From Candidatus Poribacteria bacterium (lineage in GTDB: Bacteria > Poribacteria > WGA-4E > JAJDTR01), in the NCBI GenBank assembly GCA_965222225.1, contig CBDCTK010000002.1, forward strand, positions 384,001-448,000: a stretch of 64,000 nt of DNA. The letters are read 5' to 3'. Shown one piece after another: positions 51,518 through 61,490 of this stretch. The notes below the pieces were generated by a model, which saw only the letters and a program-made list of their open reading frames with translations, made no database searches and was not told the origin of the DNA. Made by a program: the position numbers and the translations under genes. Numbering within the stretch: position 1 is the stretch's first letter; every line of letters starts with the position of its first letter.

Positions 51518-51928
51518 TCAAATCTCCTTGAACACTCGTCCGAGAGATTCACCACTGACATGAAGTGAGAATTCGTGCAGGTAACCGAACGGCGTCATCT
51601 GAGTTGTAAATCCGACAGTCTGCAGGCGTTTTTGTGCATCAACTAGAATCTGTTGCGCAAACTCGGGTGAGGCGCTACTTGCGGAAAGGTGGGAAAAAGA
51701 ATGAAGCACCACGTTTTTACTGCCGAACTTCCCGGCAATCCATTTTATGTTCTTGACCATCTTGGTTAGAATTTTACTCGATTGCTTCTCATCTTCAGCT
51801 TCAGCATGGATGAAAACCACCACGGCTTCTTTAACCCTTTCGTCACGGTCTAGTTCCCCAACGGAGTCGAGCACCCTGTGGGTCGTCCGGAACCAGAATT
51901 CATGGGCATAGAACATCAGCAGTTTCAA
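51518..51928 (-). CDS. Standalone archaeal-type threonyl-tRNA synthetase editing domain (DTD-like fold)
   Basis: MKLL, VVFIHAEAED, VVLHSFSHLS, P..A..IL, PFGY..EF.L...G..L.R; TTG start overlapping the upstream gene. Confidence 0.8.
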   Translation of the reverse strand: MKLLMFYAHEFWFRTTHRVLDSVGELDRDERVKEAVVVFIHAEAEDEKQSSKILTKMVKNIKWIAGKFGSKNVVLHSFSHLSASSASPEFAQQILVDAQKRLQTVGFTTQMTPFGYLHEFSLHVSGESLGRVFKEI

Positions 51929-52865
51929 GGTTATGGTCCAATCGAAGTTCAGTTTCCAAGACCTTCAGAGCGTCTTGCCAATAATCAACAGCATAAGCCT
52001 TGACCTCATCCGATAATGAGGCAAGATCGAGGTAGTGTTTAATCCAATTAATAAGACGAATGCAGGTATCGCCTTTTATCTGTCCGCTTTCTGAATCATA
52101 CGCAATGTCGCGGAGATTCTTCAAATCGCGGCTATCAAAATGGAAATCTATCTCATGATACAAAACTAGGTTTACCATCAGAGCAATTGTAATTTCCCGT
52201 GCGGTGTCTCCATCCGAGTTAACTCGGTATTCAGCGTCAAGAACCTTCTGAAGCGGGAGTGACTGAATATAGGCTAACCGATTGTCAATAGTATTGAGCT
52301 GTTGTCTAACAATTGCTAAATCTGTGAGGTTGGTTATTGGGCGTGAGGTGGTAACGTCGCGGAGCATAACCTGCGGGGAATCGATAGCTAGTTTATGGTC
52401 GTTAATTGCGTCAAGGAAATGACGCTCCCATTCATTGTACAAAGGTATGTCTTCAATATCATTCTGGGTTAGCGCCGAGGATTTGGGAGAAACCAGGACG
52501 GCATTCTCAAGTGTATCATGGCAGCGATCGATGAGTTCACTGATAAGCGTATTTCCAATCTGAAAGAATTTAACGACCCGGTTATTCTTCAGTAATCGAA
52601 CCGACCTATCCAAATCGCCGTGACTCCCATACTCTAAGCCTAAATTGACCAACACAAAGGCCTCTTGAACCTGTTGACGTAGTTGTGGTAGCGAGGCAAC
52701 ATCTTCTGTTTTTACGGTGATTAGCTTGTGTGATAGCGTTGCAATTTCTTGCCGAATTGCCTCCTCCTTGGAACAGGAAAGTTTCCCCGTTTCGTCTCCA
52801 CGAACAAGCGTCCGAGACAGAAACAAGCGCCGATCATGTTGCACCGGGACATCAATCTCGAACAT
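51900..52865 (-). CDS. Helical protein resembling the C-terminal half of DUF6178
   Basis: VNLGLEY.S.GDL....LL......FFQIG motif. Confidence 0.5.
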   Translation of the reverse strand: MFEIDVPVQHDRRLFLSRTLVRGDETGKLSCSKEEAIRQEIATLSHKLITVKTEDVASLPQLRQQVQEAFVLVNLGLEYGSHGDLDRSVRLLKNNRVVKFFQIGNTLISELIDRCHDTLENAVLVSPKSSALTQNDIEDIPLYNEWERHFLDAINDHKLAIDSPQVMLRDVTTSRPITNLTDLAIVRQQLNTIDNRLAYIQSLPLQKVLDAEYRVNSDGDTAREITIALMVNLVLYHEIDFHFDSRDLKNLRDIAYDSESGQIKGDTCIRLINWIKHYLDLASLSDEVKAYAVDYWQDALKVLETELRLDHNLETADVLCP

Positions 52866-52868
52866 AGT

Positions 52869-53711
52869 CTAGTGCGTCCTTTTTGTTGTCTTCCCCGCAT
52901 CGCCGTTTTCAGACACATCCACTTCCTCTTCAAGATCAAGATTGCCAAGATCAACCTTCTCCAGAATATCCTCTTCCGTAATTTCGATACCTGCGACTTG
53001 ATCTCGACTTCGTACTCGTTCATCACGTTCATCTTTGGCGCGCGTAAGCGAGGCTGAAAGTTCCTCATCTGCTGAGACGTATTTATCTAAGGCGAATAAC
53101 TCATAGAGCACACGGGTAAAAAGATGTTCATCCGTTACCCAGATGGTGTCCAAGATTTCCCGAGCGCGCTCGTCGGCATACTCAATTTCAGCCGATGAGG
53201 GGTCGACCACTCCACTTTCAATCATTAGTGCGCCGAAATCGGTTTTGAGTTCGATTCGGTCCTGAAGTAGAACGGCGAGAATTGCGACATCAATGTGGGT
53301 TAAAAGGTTGCTGATTTCATCGGGATCGCAGTTCGATAACTCAAAAAGCCAAAGATCGACCTCTCGCTTGTTGACCGCGCCGTTGCGCCACACAGACAGG
53401 TCAATCACCTCTTCAAACTGTTCGGCTGACAGACACGGCAATAGAGCTGACGCTAAACCGGTACCCAACATTGTGTTCAACACTTGCAACACCTGTTCTG
53501 TCGGGCTTTGCTGGATTAGCTCGGTGCAGTCGGGGACAAGGTAATATAGTTTTTCCCGTTCCTTTGGATGTGGAGTTGAAAGAATAATCTCTAGTTGCCG
53601 TTCCGTTGGATGGCTCTGGAACAACGCTTCGGCTTCCGCAAGCGGCATTTCAAGTAATGATTGAACTTCCAAATGTCGATTAGCAAGTTTTGCAGTGCTC
53701 ACTCTGACCAT
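52869..53711 (-). CDS. Helical protein resembling the N-terminal half of DUF6178
   Basis: S.EQ....IDL.VW.........WL..L motif; acidic tail; GGAGG RBS. Confidence 0.5.
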   Translation of the reverse strand: MVRVSTAKLANRHLEVQSLLEMPLAEAEALFQSHPTERQLEIILSTPHPKEREKLYYLVPDCTELIQQSPTEQVLQVLNTMLGTGLASALLPCLSAEQFEEVIDLSVWRNGAVNKREVDLWLFELSNCDPDEISNLLTHIDVAILAVLLQDRIELKTDFGALMIESGVVDPSSAEIEYADERAREILDTIWVTDEHLFTRVLYELFALDKYVSADEELSASLTRAKDERDERVRSRDQVAGIEITEEDILEKVDLGNLDLEEEVDVSENGDAGKTTKRTH

Positions 53712-53730
53712 TCCTCCAATATCTCACTTA

Positions 53731-54792
53731 TCATTTCGCCGGGTGAATCTTCTGAATGGCATCCACCAATTTCTCCGATCCAAATCTAACGACATCAGTT
53801 GCAGGTAACCCCGTTTGTTCCTCCACAGCTTTAATAGCCTTCAACGCTTCCATCTCAGTTAAGTCAAAACAGTTGAGGGCAATCCCAATCACTTTCGCTG
53901 GTTTAATCGGCTTCGCGAGCATCTCGTATTGTTGAATCAGATCGCCAATTGGGGGTATGGGTACAGTGTATCGGGAAACAATTTTTCGCGATGGTTGGTG
54001 ACAAAAGATCATTGCGTCTGGCATTGACCCGTGTAAAAGACTCAACGTTACTCCAGAGTAGCCGGGATGAACGAGTGAGCCTTGGCCCTCCACAATTAAC
54101 ACATCATGGTTCTCAGCGCCATCAAGGACGATGCGCTCCGCCGCTCCAGCCGTAAAGTCGGAAACAACGGCATCAATGGCGATACCCCAACCCCAAACCA
54201 TAATCCCATTTTGGCCGGTAGGACAGAATTCGGCATTCAATCCCGCCTTTTGTAAGGCATTTGTAATCTCAATTCCAGCCAACATCTTTCCAACGCGGCA
54301 ATCCGCCCCTACCGTCAATACGACGGTTGCGTCAACATCAGCCGCTTTACATGTGGCGACAGGCAATCCCGAAGGCGGCTTGCGCGCATCCCAGAGCACG
54401 ACGTTGTGACGTTTCGCACGTTCGGCGAGTTCGGCGTCTTCGCTCAGAAATTGGTGGAGTCCGCTCACAACGTGCATTTTGTGGTCAATCGCTTCGCACA
54501 ACACATCTCTCCATGCTTGAGGCAATTTTCCTCCCGGAGGGGAGATACCGATTGCCAACATTGTTGGTTGGAATTTCAAGGCTTCCGACAGGTTGGCGAC
54601 TACAGGGATTCCTTCGCCAATTTCAAGCACTTCACTTACATCTTTTCCGGCGTTTTCGCTGTCAATAACCGCGACGACGTTTTCAATCAGGTAACGAACC
54701 AACACAGTCGCAGTTTTGGATTCGAGAATGCCGAATGACCCTTCGGCAAGGATTACAATTCTTTGCGCTCTTGGTTGTACGCGCGTATCCAT
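53731..54792 (-). CDS. DUF1611 P-loop protein (DgcN-like D-glutamate N-acetyltransferase family)
   Basis: KTA...RY, VVSGLH.FL, WDAR.P, VGADC.VGKM, TGQ.GI, DAVVSDF.AGA.E, EGQGSL.HPGYS. Confidence 0.88.
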   Translation of the reverse strand: MDTRVQPRAQRIVILAEGSFGILESKTATVLVRYLIENVVAVIDSENAGKDVSEVLEIGEGIPVVANLSEALKFQPTMLAIGISPPGGKLPQAWRDVLCEAIDHKMHVVSGLHQFLSEDAELAERAKRHNVVLWDARKPPSGLPVATCKAADVDATVVLTVGADCRVGKMLAGIEITNALQKAGLNAEFCPTGQNGIMVWGWGIAIDAVVSDFTAGAAERIVLDGAENHDVLIVEGQGSLVHPGYSGVTLSLLHGSMPDAMIFCHQPSRKIVSRYTVPIPPIGDLIQQYEMLAKPIKPAKVIGIALNCFDLTEMEALKAIKAVEEQTGLPATDVVRFGSEKLVDAIQKIHPAK

Positions 54793-55099
54793 AAAACTCC
54801 TCAGTTTTTCTGCAGCGGATGCGTTTGCCTGTGACGAGATTCGCTAGTCAGGGCATGCGACGGATACCGTAACAATAGAATCTTGTGTAGGATTCCGCGA
54901 AGTATCCTGATGCTATGTCAATCACCGAATCTTAACAGAATGACTTAATTCCGATCAAAGCGAAAGTGCACTTCAGGGAGGCAATCGTGATTATGGTGTT
55001 TAGGGGCGTCCTGTATGGGGGATCTGCGACCTTACGAACTTTCAAGTCCTAAAATAGACTTGCGCAGGACGAGTCTTTTTCTTCATTAAGTTTCACGTT

Positions 55100-55963
55100 T
55101 CACTGCGATCTGATTAGAAGGTCCGCAACAGAAAGGACCGAAAGTACCAAACTCACCATTCCGTTCAGCGTGAAGAAAGCGAGATTGACACGCGAGAGAT
55201 TGTTTGACCTGACAATTGCGTGTTCATAAATCAAAATCAACGTTACAACACCGACGCCGATGAGGTAAAGCGCACCCAGGTTCGGTAGCACGGCAAGTCC
55301 AACGAGTATTGAGACCGTTATCAAATGAAGTGCGGAAGAGAGCCATAACGCCCACCGAATTCCGAAGCGCGCCGGGACTGAGTGCAACCGGTTTTTGCGA
55401 TCGAACTCAAAATCTTGGCAGGCGTAAATGATGTCAAATCCTGCTGTCCAGAGAAGAACGGATAAACCGAGCAACATCGGTATCCAATCGAAACTACCTT
55501 TGATAGCGATCCAAGCGCCAACCGGGGCAATTGAAAGGGACAAACCGAGCCAGAAATGCGATAGTAAAGTAAAACGTTTTGTATACGAATATCCCAAGGT
55601 GATTCCCAAAGCAAGGGGAGAGAGCGCAAAGGCAAGCGGGTCAAGTTGGTACGCTGAAGCGACGAGCAGTGTAGCAGAGACCACTGTAAAAATCCATACC
55701 GAGCCCGTGGATATCAATCCGGCGGGGATAGCTCGCATTGTCGTTCGCGGATTTTCGCCATCAATCTTCGCGTCAACTAACCGATTAAACGCCATTGCGC
55801 AACTTCGCGCACCGACCATTGCCGCGAGAATCCAACCACATTTACCCAAAGGGGGTAGCCCATCCGAAGCAAGGAATGCACTCATAATCGCAAATGGAAG
55901 CGCGAAAATAGTGTGCTCGAACTTAATCATGTCAAGGATGATTTTGAGCTTACGATAAATCAT
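55100..55963 (-). CDS. mqnP: UbiA-like polyprenyltransferase, futalosine-pathway type
   Basis: MIKFEHTIFALPFA, ARS.AMAFNRLVD..ID..NPRT..R, YSYTKRFT, AGFDIIYACQD, AFF..NG. Confidence 0.85.
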   Translation of the reverse strand: MIYRKLKIILDMIKFEHTIFALPFAIMSAFLASDGLPPLGKCGWILAAMVGARSCAMAFNRLVDAKIDGENPRTTMRAIPAGLISTGSVWIFTVVSATLLVASAYQLDPLAFALSPLALGITLGYSYTKRFTLLSHFWLGLSLSIAPVGAWIAIKGSFDWIPMLLGLSVLLWTAGFDIIYACQDFEFDRKNRLHSVPARFGIRWALWLSSALHLITVSILVGLAVLPNLGALYLIGVGVVTLILIYEHAIVRSNNLSRVNLAFFTLNGMVSLVLSVLSVADLLIRSQ

Positions 55964-55995
55964 GGTTTCTCACACTCGATAATTCGATTAGCGAA

Positions 55996-56592
55996 CTACG
56001 CTGTTTCTTTCCAGCGTCGAGTAAGCCCCGGGTCAAGCCCGAACTGATCGAGCAACTTCGTGATAACAAAGTTAATTTGATCATCCACAGTTTCCGGGAA
56101 GTGATAGAAGCCGGGCATGGCAGGAAGAATGCAGATACCCAGCTGAGAGAGTTTGAGCATGTTCTCTAGATGGATAGAACTCAGGGGAGTTTCGCGGGGA
56201 AGAAGAACCAACTTGCGTCGTTCCTTGATACAGACATCAGCCGCACGATGAATGAGGTTCCGTGATATGCCCGCGGCAATTGAGCCAACTGTTCCCATGC
56301 TACAGGGCGCGATTATCATGCCATCAGTTCGGAATGAGCCGCTCGCAATTGGAGCGGCGATGTCCGATTGGTGGTGATAAACTATCTTATCCGAGGGACG
56401 CCCTAGTAAGGACTCGATTTGGAAATTGTCGAGGTCAACACGAATTTCAAGCTCTTCCCAGAGGGCTCTCATGCCCGAGTCGGAAATTGTAAGATGAATC
56501 TCATAGGCATTTAGTTGATTGAGGACATCAAGTAAGCGTACACCATAAATGACGCCACTCGCACCTGTAATTCCAACCACTAGGCGTTTCAA
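55996..56592 (-). CDS. ubiX: Flavin prenyltransferase
   Basis: GITGASG..YG, A.IASGS, PCSM, RAADV..KE.R, PRETP, PAMPGFY; AAGGAG RBS with TTG start. Confidence 0.95.
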   Translation of the reverse strand: MKRLVVGITGASGVIYGVRLLDVLNQLNAYEIHLTISDSGMRALWEELEIRVDLDNFQIESLLGRPSDKIVYHHQSDIAAPIASGSFRTDGMIIAPCSMGTVGSIAAGISRNLIHRAADVCIKERRKLVLLPRETPLSSIHLENMLKLSQLGICILPAMPGFYHFPETVDDQINFVITKLLDQFGLDPGLTRRWKETA

Positions 56593-56755
56593 CGGACACT
56601 CCTTGAGCAAGGTTGAAGATATAGAACAGATTATCTTCCGGCTCTACGCGCTTTGGATTGTGGACATTGCAATTGGATGTCCCGTCGCTCGTTCTTTCAG
56701 GCGGGTTCTGCAGTTTACTGTCATCCAGCCAGCTCTAGGGGTAGGCCTCTCAGTT

Positions 56756-58009
56756 TTAGAATGGAGCAAGGTTGCCTGAAGCATCAAATTCAAACGATTT
56801 CACCTCACCGACAATCTCAAGGTCACTGCGCAGTTTCGCATCCTCAATGAAGGCTTCGGAAATATCCAGAGTTGCTAACGTGAGTGTGCTTTCCACTCGC
56901 GCGACTTTCGCTTCTTCAGGAGGCGTCAGTCCAATGGTGTTTAACGCGACCTCAATTGCTTCTTTATCTGTGTCGTAGTAGAACGGAATTTTGGACTTTT
57001 GGGGCCCCAAACCTGTGATGCCGTTCATGTAGGTCGCGTGACGGTCGACCTTTTCAACGAGTCGATTTGTCGTGAAGTCTGCTAGACCAACGCCCGTAGC
57101 GTTGCCGCTGCTCTCTTCCGTTAGGTCTCGAACGAAGATTCGCAGAATTGCGGGCTTTTCAGGTTCAGGCTCGAAATTCTGCATCATTCGACCGATGATA
57201 TTCGTGTCCATGCCGGTACCGCTTATATTCTTCCCCATCCAATCTATCATCAAGAGATCGAGCGTGTCGAACGGAAGCCGCCCCATCAGAGATTTCGCTT
57301 CTACCAGCAACTCCCGCTCCCGCCTGATAAGTTCATTGGGACGCATCGCGGCAACCTTCGCTGTATGCTCATGTGCATTTTCGACCAAACCCAAGCCAAA
57401 AACGACTCTTCCCGTGTCCATCATCAAACTACTGACGGTTATGATGACATGTTCAAACCCGTACTGAAAAAAGGCACGATGATACATATTGGCGCCGCTC
57501 TGCTTACCCAGCCCAATTGCCATCATCTTCATCAAACCACTCTCGATGGATCCCTTGAAATCTGTATGGGCTTTGATGCGATTCAACGGAACAATGCCAT
57601 CCGCTTCAGCAGCGTTTCGATCAAGAAAGACAGGCAAACCATCGGCTGTTTTTCCGATTTCCACCGTGTCCATTGTGGCTTCGATAGGCGCGCCGACGGT
57701 CTGTTCGGTGATGCCGTAATGCGCCAGAACGTCACGCTGCCCCTCCGCCGTTGCACCACCATGGCTACCCATTGCTGGCACGACGAAAGGCTTCGCTCCG
57801 AGTTCTTTGAGGTAATCAACTGTCGCTTTAATTACGATGTCAATATTTGCAACGCCGCGACTCCCACCCGTAATAGCGATTCTATCGCCTCTCTTTACCA
57901 GTGATGATGCTTCAATCTCATCCAATTCCCCCCGGACTGCCGCTGGAATATCCTCAACTACCGGCGCCTCAATGTGCTGCTTTATACGTACCATATTTGG
58001 TAATGCCAT
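56756..58009 (-). CDS. LarA-N-like (DUF2088/DUF362-related) protein
   Basis: GSRGVANI, PAMGSHGGATAEGQ, NRIKAHT.F, ESGL.KM..IGLGK, GKNISGTGMDTN, GNA.G.GLAD. Confidence 0.75.
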   Translation of the reverse strand: MALPNMVRIKQHIEAPVVEDIPAAVRGELDEIEASSLVKRGDRIAITGGSRGVANIDIVIKATVDYLKELGAKPFVVPAMGSHGGATAEGQRDVLAHYGITEQTVGAPIEATMDTVEIGKTADGLPVFLDRNAAEADGIVPLNRIKAHTDFKGSIESGLMKMMAIGLGKQSGANMYHRAFFQYGFEHVIITVSSLMMDTGRVVFGLGLVENAHEHTAKVAAMRPNELIRRERELLVEAKSLMGRLPFDTLDLLMIDWMGKNISGTGMDTNIIGRMMQNFEPEPEKPAILRIFVRDLTEESSGNATGVGLADFTTNRLVEKVDRHATYMNGITGLGPQKSKIPFYYDTDKEAIEVALNTIGLTPPEEAKVARVESTLTLATLDISEAFIEDAKLRSDLEIVGEVKSFEFDASGNLAPF

Positions 58010-58273
58010 AACATCCGTCCTCCTTCAATGAATGAGCGCAAACTATCATGCAACTCCTATCGTTACATGTTACCAAAAACTGGAATTGGATTGCAAGTCA
58101 AATGCAGGCGTGAGCCGAGGAAGATTGAGTTTACTGCCTGGCGCTGGAGAATTCCTGTTGTACCTCTCCACGACCTATGCTAAACTTCATCGTTGACAAG
58201 GGTGTCTCTGATTGGGACTGACTTGGTAAGATTTAGTCCATCACTTGGAGTCAACAGTGGGAGAATAGGAAAG

Positions 58274-59575
58274 ATGGCCGTGGAACTTGCCGAATGGGTA
58301 CGTGATTCTCGTCAACGAACCTTAGACCTCATTGCAGATCTCAACGATGAACAGCTGATGGGACCCTATCTTCCAATCATCAACCCGATGCTCTGGGAGA
58401 TTGGACATGTAGCGTGGTTCCAAGAGAAGTGGGTGCTGCGGTATGTGTGTAAACGGAAACCGATCCGTGAGGACGCGGACGCAATTTGGGATTCGATTGC
58501 TATTTCTCATACTATCCGCTGGGATCTCCCGCTACCTTCCCGTGCCGAGACAATCGCGTACCTGAGTGAAGTTCGTGACCTTGTCATCGAAGCACTCCAG
58601 AGCGATGCACAGTTTAAACAGTTGCTCTATTTTGTGCGCTACACGACTTTCCACGAAGATATGCATAACGAGGCATTTACTTATACACGGCAAACGTTGG
58701 CGTATCCGCCTCCAAGGTTTTCGGTTGCTGCCGCTGATTTTCGAACGCCCATCTCTCAGACTCCTCTGATGCCAGGTGATGCCGAAGTCCCAGGCGGCAC
58801 ATTTCTCTTGGGGGCAGCCCAAGATGAACCGTTCGTTTTCGACAACGAAAAATGGGCACATCCCGTGAATATTGAACCATTTGCAATCGGTCGGGCTCCC
58901 GTGTCTCAAGCGGAATATGTTGCGTTTGTCGAAGATGACGGTTATTGCCGCAGTCAATTCTGGACCACCGATGGCTGGAAATGGCGAGAATCGGTGAACG
59001 CTGAGCATCCTGTGTATTGGCAGAAAACAAGTAGTGGGCAGTGGACACGACGGCACTTCGATCAGTGGTTTGCGCTTGAACCGAACCTGCCCATCATTCA
59101 TGTCAATTGGTATGAAGCTATGGCGTATTGTCAATGGGCAGGACGCCGTCTACCGACAGAGGCCGAGTGGGAATTCGCAGCCGTAATAGAACCGGAGTCG
59201 GGTGAAAACGCGATGCCCTTGGGGAAACGCCGTTTTCCTTGGGGGGATGCGAACCCATCATTAGAGCGTGTCAATATGGACTGGAAAAAGATAGGCTGCA
59301 TTGATGTCAGCGCGCTGCCTGAGAGCGACAGCGCGTTCGGATGCCGTCAGATGATTGGCAACGTCTGGGAATGGACAATCAGCGGTTTTCAACCCTATCC
59401 GGGGTTCGTAAGGGACGCATACAAAGAGTATTCCGAACCTTGGTTCGGGACACACAAAGTCCTGCGCGGCGGATGCTGGACAACGCGTTCACGAATGCTG
59501 AGGAATACATGGCGGAATTTCTATACTCCGGACCGACGAGATGTGTTCGCGGGATTTCGCACTTGTGCATTGTAG
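58274..59575 (+). CDS. senA: Selenoneine synthase (EgtB homolog, DinB + FGE domains)
   Basis: INP.LWE.GH.AWFQE, HEDMHNE iron motif, F.FDNEKWAH, RRLPTEAEWE, WRNFY.PDRRD.FAGFR; adjacent to senB. Confidence 0.82.
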   Translation: MAVELAEWVRDSRQRTLDLIADLNDEQLMGPYLPIINPMLWEIGHVAWFQEKWVLRYVCKRKPIREDADAIWDSIAISHTIRWDLPLPSRAETIAYLSEVRDLVIEALQSDAQFKQLLYFVRYTTFHEDMHNEAFTYTRQTLAYPPPRFSVAAADFRTPISQTPLMPGDAEVPGGTFLLGAAQDEPFVFDNEKWAHPVNIEPFAIGRAPVSQAEYVAFVEDDGYCRSQFWTTDGWKWRESVNAEHPVYWQKTSSGQWTRRHFDQWFALEPNLPIIHVNWYEAMAYCQWAGRRLPTEAEWEFAAVIEPESGENAMPLGKRRFPWGDANPSLERVNMDWKKIGCIDVSALPESDSAFGCRQMIGNVWEWTISGFQPYPGFVRDAYKEYSEPWFGTHKVLRGGCWTTRSRMLRNTWRNFYTPDRRDVFAGFRTCAL

Positions 59576-59698
59576 CGATTCATTATGCCACTACTCGCAT
59601 TACTTGGGAATGCGAACCTAGGGTGTAGAATCAATCAGTGCGTAAGCAAAAAGCAGAAATGACAAATTTCTGCGACAATCTTATGTTGCAGAGGTCTT

Positions 59699-59726
59699 GT
59701 AGGGAATAACGATTGTTATTCCCTAC
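59699..59726. repeat. Perfect GTAG-type REP hairpin (12-bp stem)
   Basis: GTAGGGAATAAC-GATT-GTTATTCCCTAC. Confidence 0.8.
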
Positions 59727-59765
59727 GTAGACATTACCCGCCAACTCCTTGTCTCTTTCTATGAA

Positions 59766-59895
59766 TCAGGCAAGTACGTAACGAAGATCCGCGTAGAGAT
59801 CTCTATCGTAGTCACTATGGGATTCCTATCGCCCTCCCTATTCAGTCGGTTGTTCGTTCTCTTAATCCCTACAATCTGAATTGCGTAAGTCCTGA
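59766..59895. repeat. REP-like unit next to an IS701-like terminal repeat
   Basis: CTATCGCCCTCCCTATTCAGTCG is the reverse complement of the core seen near 4042-4064 and 20978-20999; TTGCGTAAGTCCTGA resembles the IS end CTGCGTAACTCCTA. Confidence 0.55.
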
Positions 59896-59926
59896 TAAGT
59901 AATAACAAAGCCAAACCTAAACAGTT

Positions 59927-60877
59927 ATGAAAATATGCCTGATAACTCCAGCTCCGGCGTATTCACGCACTGGAAATCGAGTGGCGGCGCTTCGATGGGC
60001 TAAACTATTGCGACAACTCAATCATCAGGTGGTTCTCGCTCAAGAGTACAAGTCGCAGTCGTGCGATCTGATGATCGCACTCCATGCTCGTCGGAGTCAC
60101 GTCTCCATGGTGCGATTCCGAGAGAGGCATCCGAATTTGCCGCTGATTCTCGCATTGGTAGGGACTGATCTCTATGGAGATATTCACACGGACTCATCAG
60201 CACAGGAATCCTTGGAATTGGCAGACCGCTTCGTCGTGCTTCAACCGATGGGAATCAATGAGTTACCCGAACGCATGGCTGGCAAAGCGCGAGTCATTTA
60301 CCAATCGGTGGCACCGCCACCAGGGAAATTCACTCCAAGGAAAGATGTGTTTGAAGTGAGTGTAATAGGGCACATGCGTCCCGTAAAGGACCCGTTTCGG
60401 ACAGCAATGGCTGCTCGGCTGCTGCCTTCCTCGTCACGTATTCGGGTCTTGCACGCAGGGGCGGATCTTAGCGGCGACATGGAGGAAACGGCCCGTAGGG
60501 AGTCATCGCTTAATCCACGCTATCGCTGGTTGGGCAACCTTCCACATTGGAAGTCAATGCGTCTACTTGCTCGCAGCAGGCTTCTCTCGCTAACGTCAGA
60601 GTCGGAGGGTGGAGCGAATGTAGTTTCCGAGGCTCTAGCCTGCTCGGTGCCGGTTATTTCGTCTCGCATCTCGGGTTCCATCGGACTTCTAGGCGAGGAT
60701 TATCCCGGTTACTTCACGGTTGGTGATACCCGGCAGTTGGCAGCTCTGCTTCAGCAATCCGAGACCGATGCCGGTTTTTACAACAGGTTGAAGTCGTGGG
60801 GTGAGAGACTGAAAGCACTTTTTGAACCCGCGGATGAACGCCGGCGTTGGGATAAGTTGCTAAGGGAGTTTCATTAA
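59927..60877 (+). CDS. senB: Selenosugar synthase (TIGR04348-type glycosyltransferase)
   Basis: ITPA...SR.GN...A.RW, MIALHARRS, L.GTDLY, GH.R.VKDP, S..EGGANV.SEA, GLLG.DY.GYF. Confidence 0.88.
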   Translation: MKICLITPAPAYSRTGNRVAALRWAKLLRQLNHQVVLAQEYKSQSCDLMIALHARRSHVSMVRFRERHPNLPLILALVGTDLYGDIHTDSSAQESLELADRFVVLQPMGINELPERMAGKARVIYQSVAPPPGKFTPRKDVFEVSVIGHMRPVKDPFRTAMAARLLPSSSRIRVLHAGADLSGDMEETARRESSLNPRYRWLGNLPHWKSMRLLARSRLLSLTSESEGGANVVSEALACSVPVISSRISGSIGLLGEDYPGYFTVGDTRQLAALLQQSETDAGFYNRLKSWGERLKALFEPADERRRWDKLLREFH

Positions 60878-61014
60878 CATTTCTCGCAGGGACTTCGTCT
60901 ATTGAGGTATTCCGCAAACTCTGATAGTTCTGTAAATCACAGTGCCTGAAAGACGTCGCAGCGTTGGGGCATTTTACTGGCTTCATCGCATTCGTAGCGA
61001 AAGGAATGACGACT

Positions 61015-61365
61015 ATGCTTGAATGTATAACACCGATACTAAGTGTCAAGAACCTAGCCGCCACCATTGATCATTATGTGAATAAGCTCGGTTTCAAAAA
61101 AGATTGGGACTGGGGCGACCCACCAGATTTCGGGTCCGTCTCACGCGACGGTTGGGCCATCATGATGTGCCAAGGGGGACAAGGCAAATCGGGAACATAC
61201 ATTTGGATCGGTGTCCAAAATGTTGATGACTGTTATGAAGAGTTCAAGGTGAGCGGTGCCACCATCCGGAAACCGCCAACAAACTATCCTTGGGCGTGCG
61301 AAATGTTAGTGGAGGACCTTGACGGTCACATTCTGCGGATTGGATCTGGGCCAAAAGAAGATTGA
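61015..61365 (+). CDS. VOC / glyoxalase-bleomycin resistance family protein
   Basis: PIL.V..L......Y...LGF, P.N.PW..E..VED.DGH.LR. Confidence 0.82.
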   Translation: MLECITPILSVKNLAATIDHYVNKLGFKKDWDWGDPPDFGSVSRDGWAIMMCQGGQGKSGTYIWIGVQNVDDCYEEFKVSGATIRKPPTNYPWACEMLVEDLDGHILRIGSGPKED

Positions 61366-61490
61366 TTTAATCCAAGCACTGATTGATTTACTCCAATCAG
61401 ATCGGGCGGGTGAATCCTCGGGAATTGTAAAGTTCGTTCACCATCTCGTCAGCAAATACAGTATATTTCCAAAGGGAGAGGAATCGACTT

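Noticed and set aside
58274-59575. Canonical ergothioneine synthase egtB
   Set aside because: HEDMH motif and adjacency to a SenB-type glycosyltransferase favour senA; no egtD/egtC nearby
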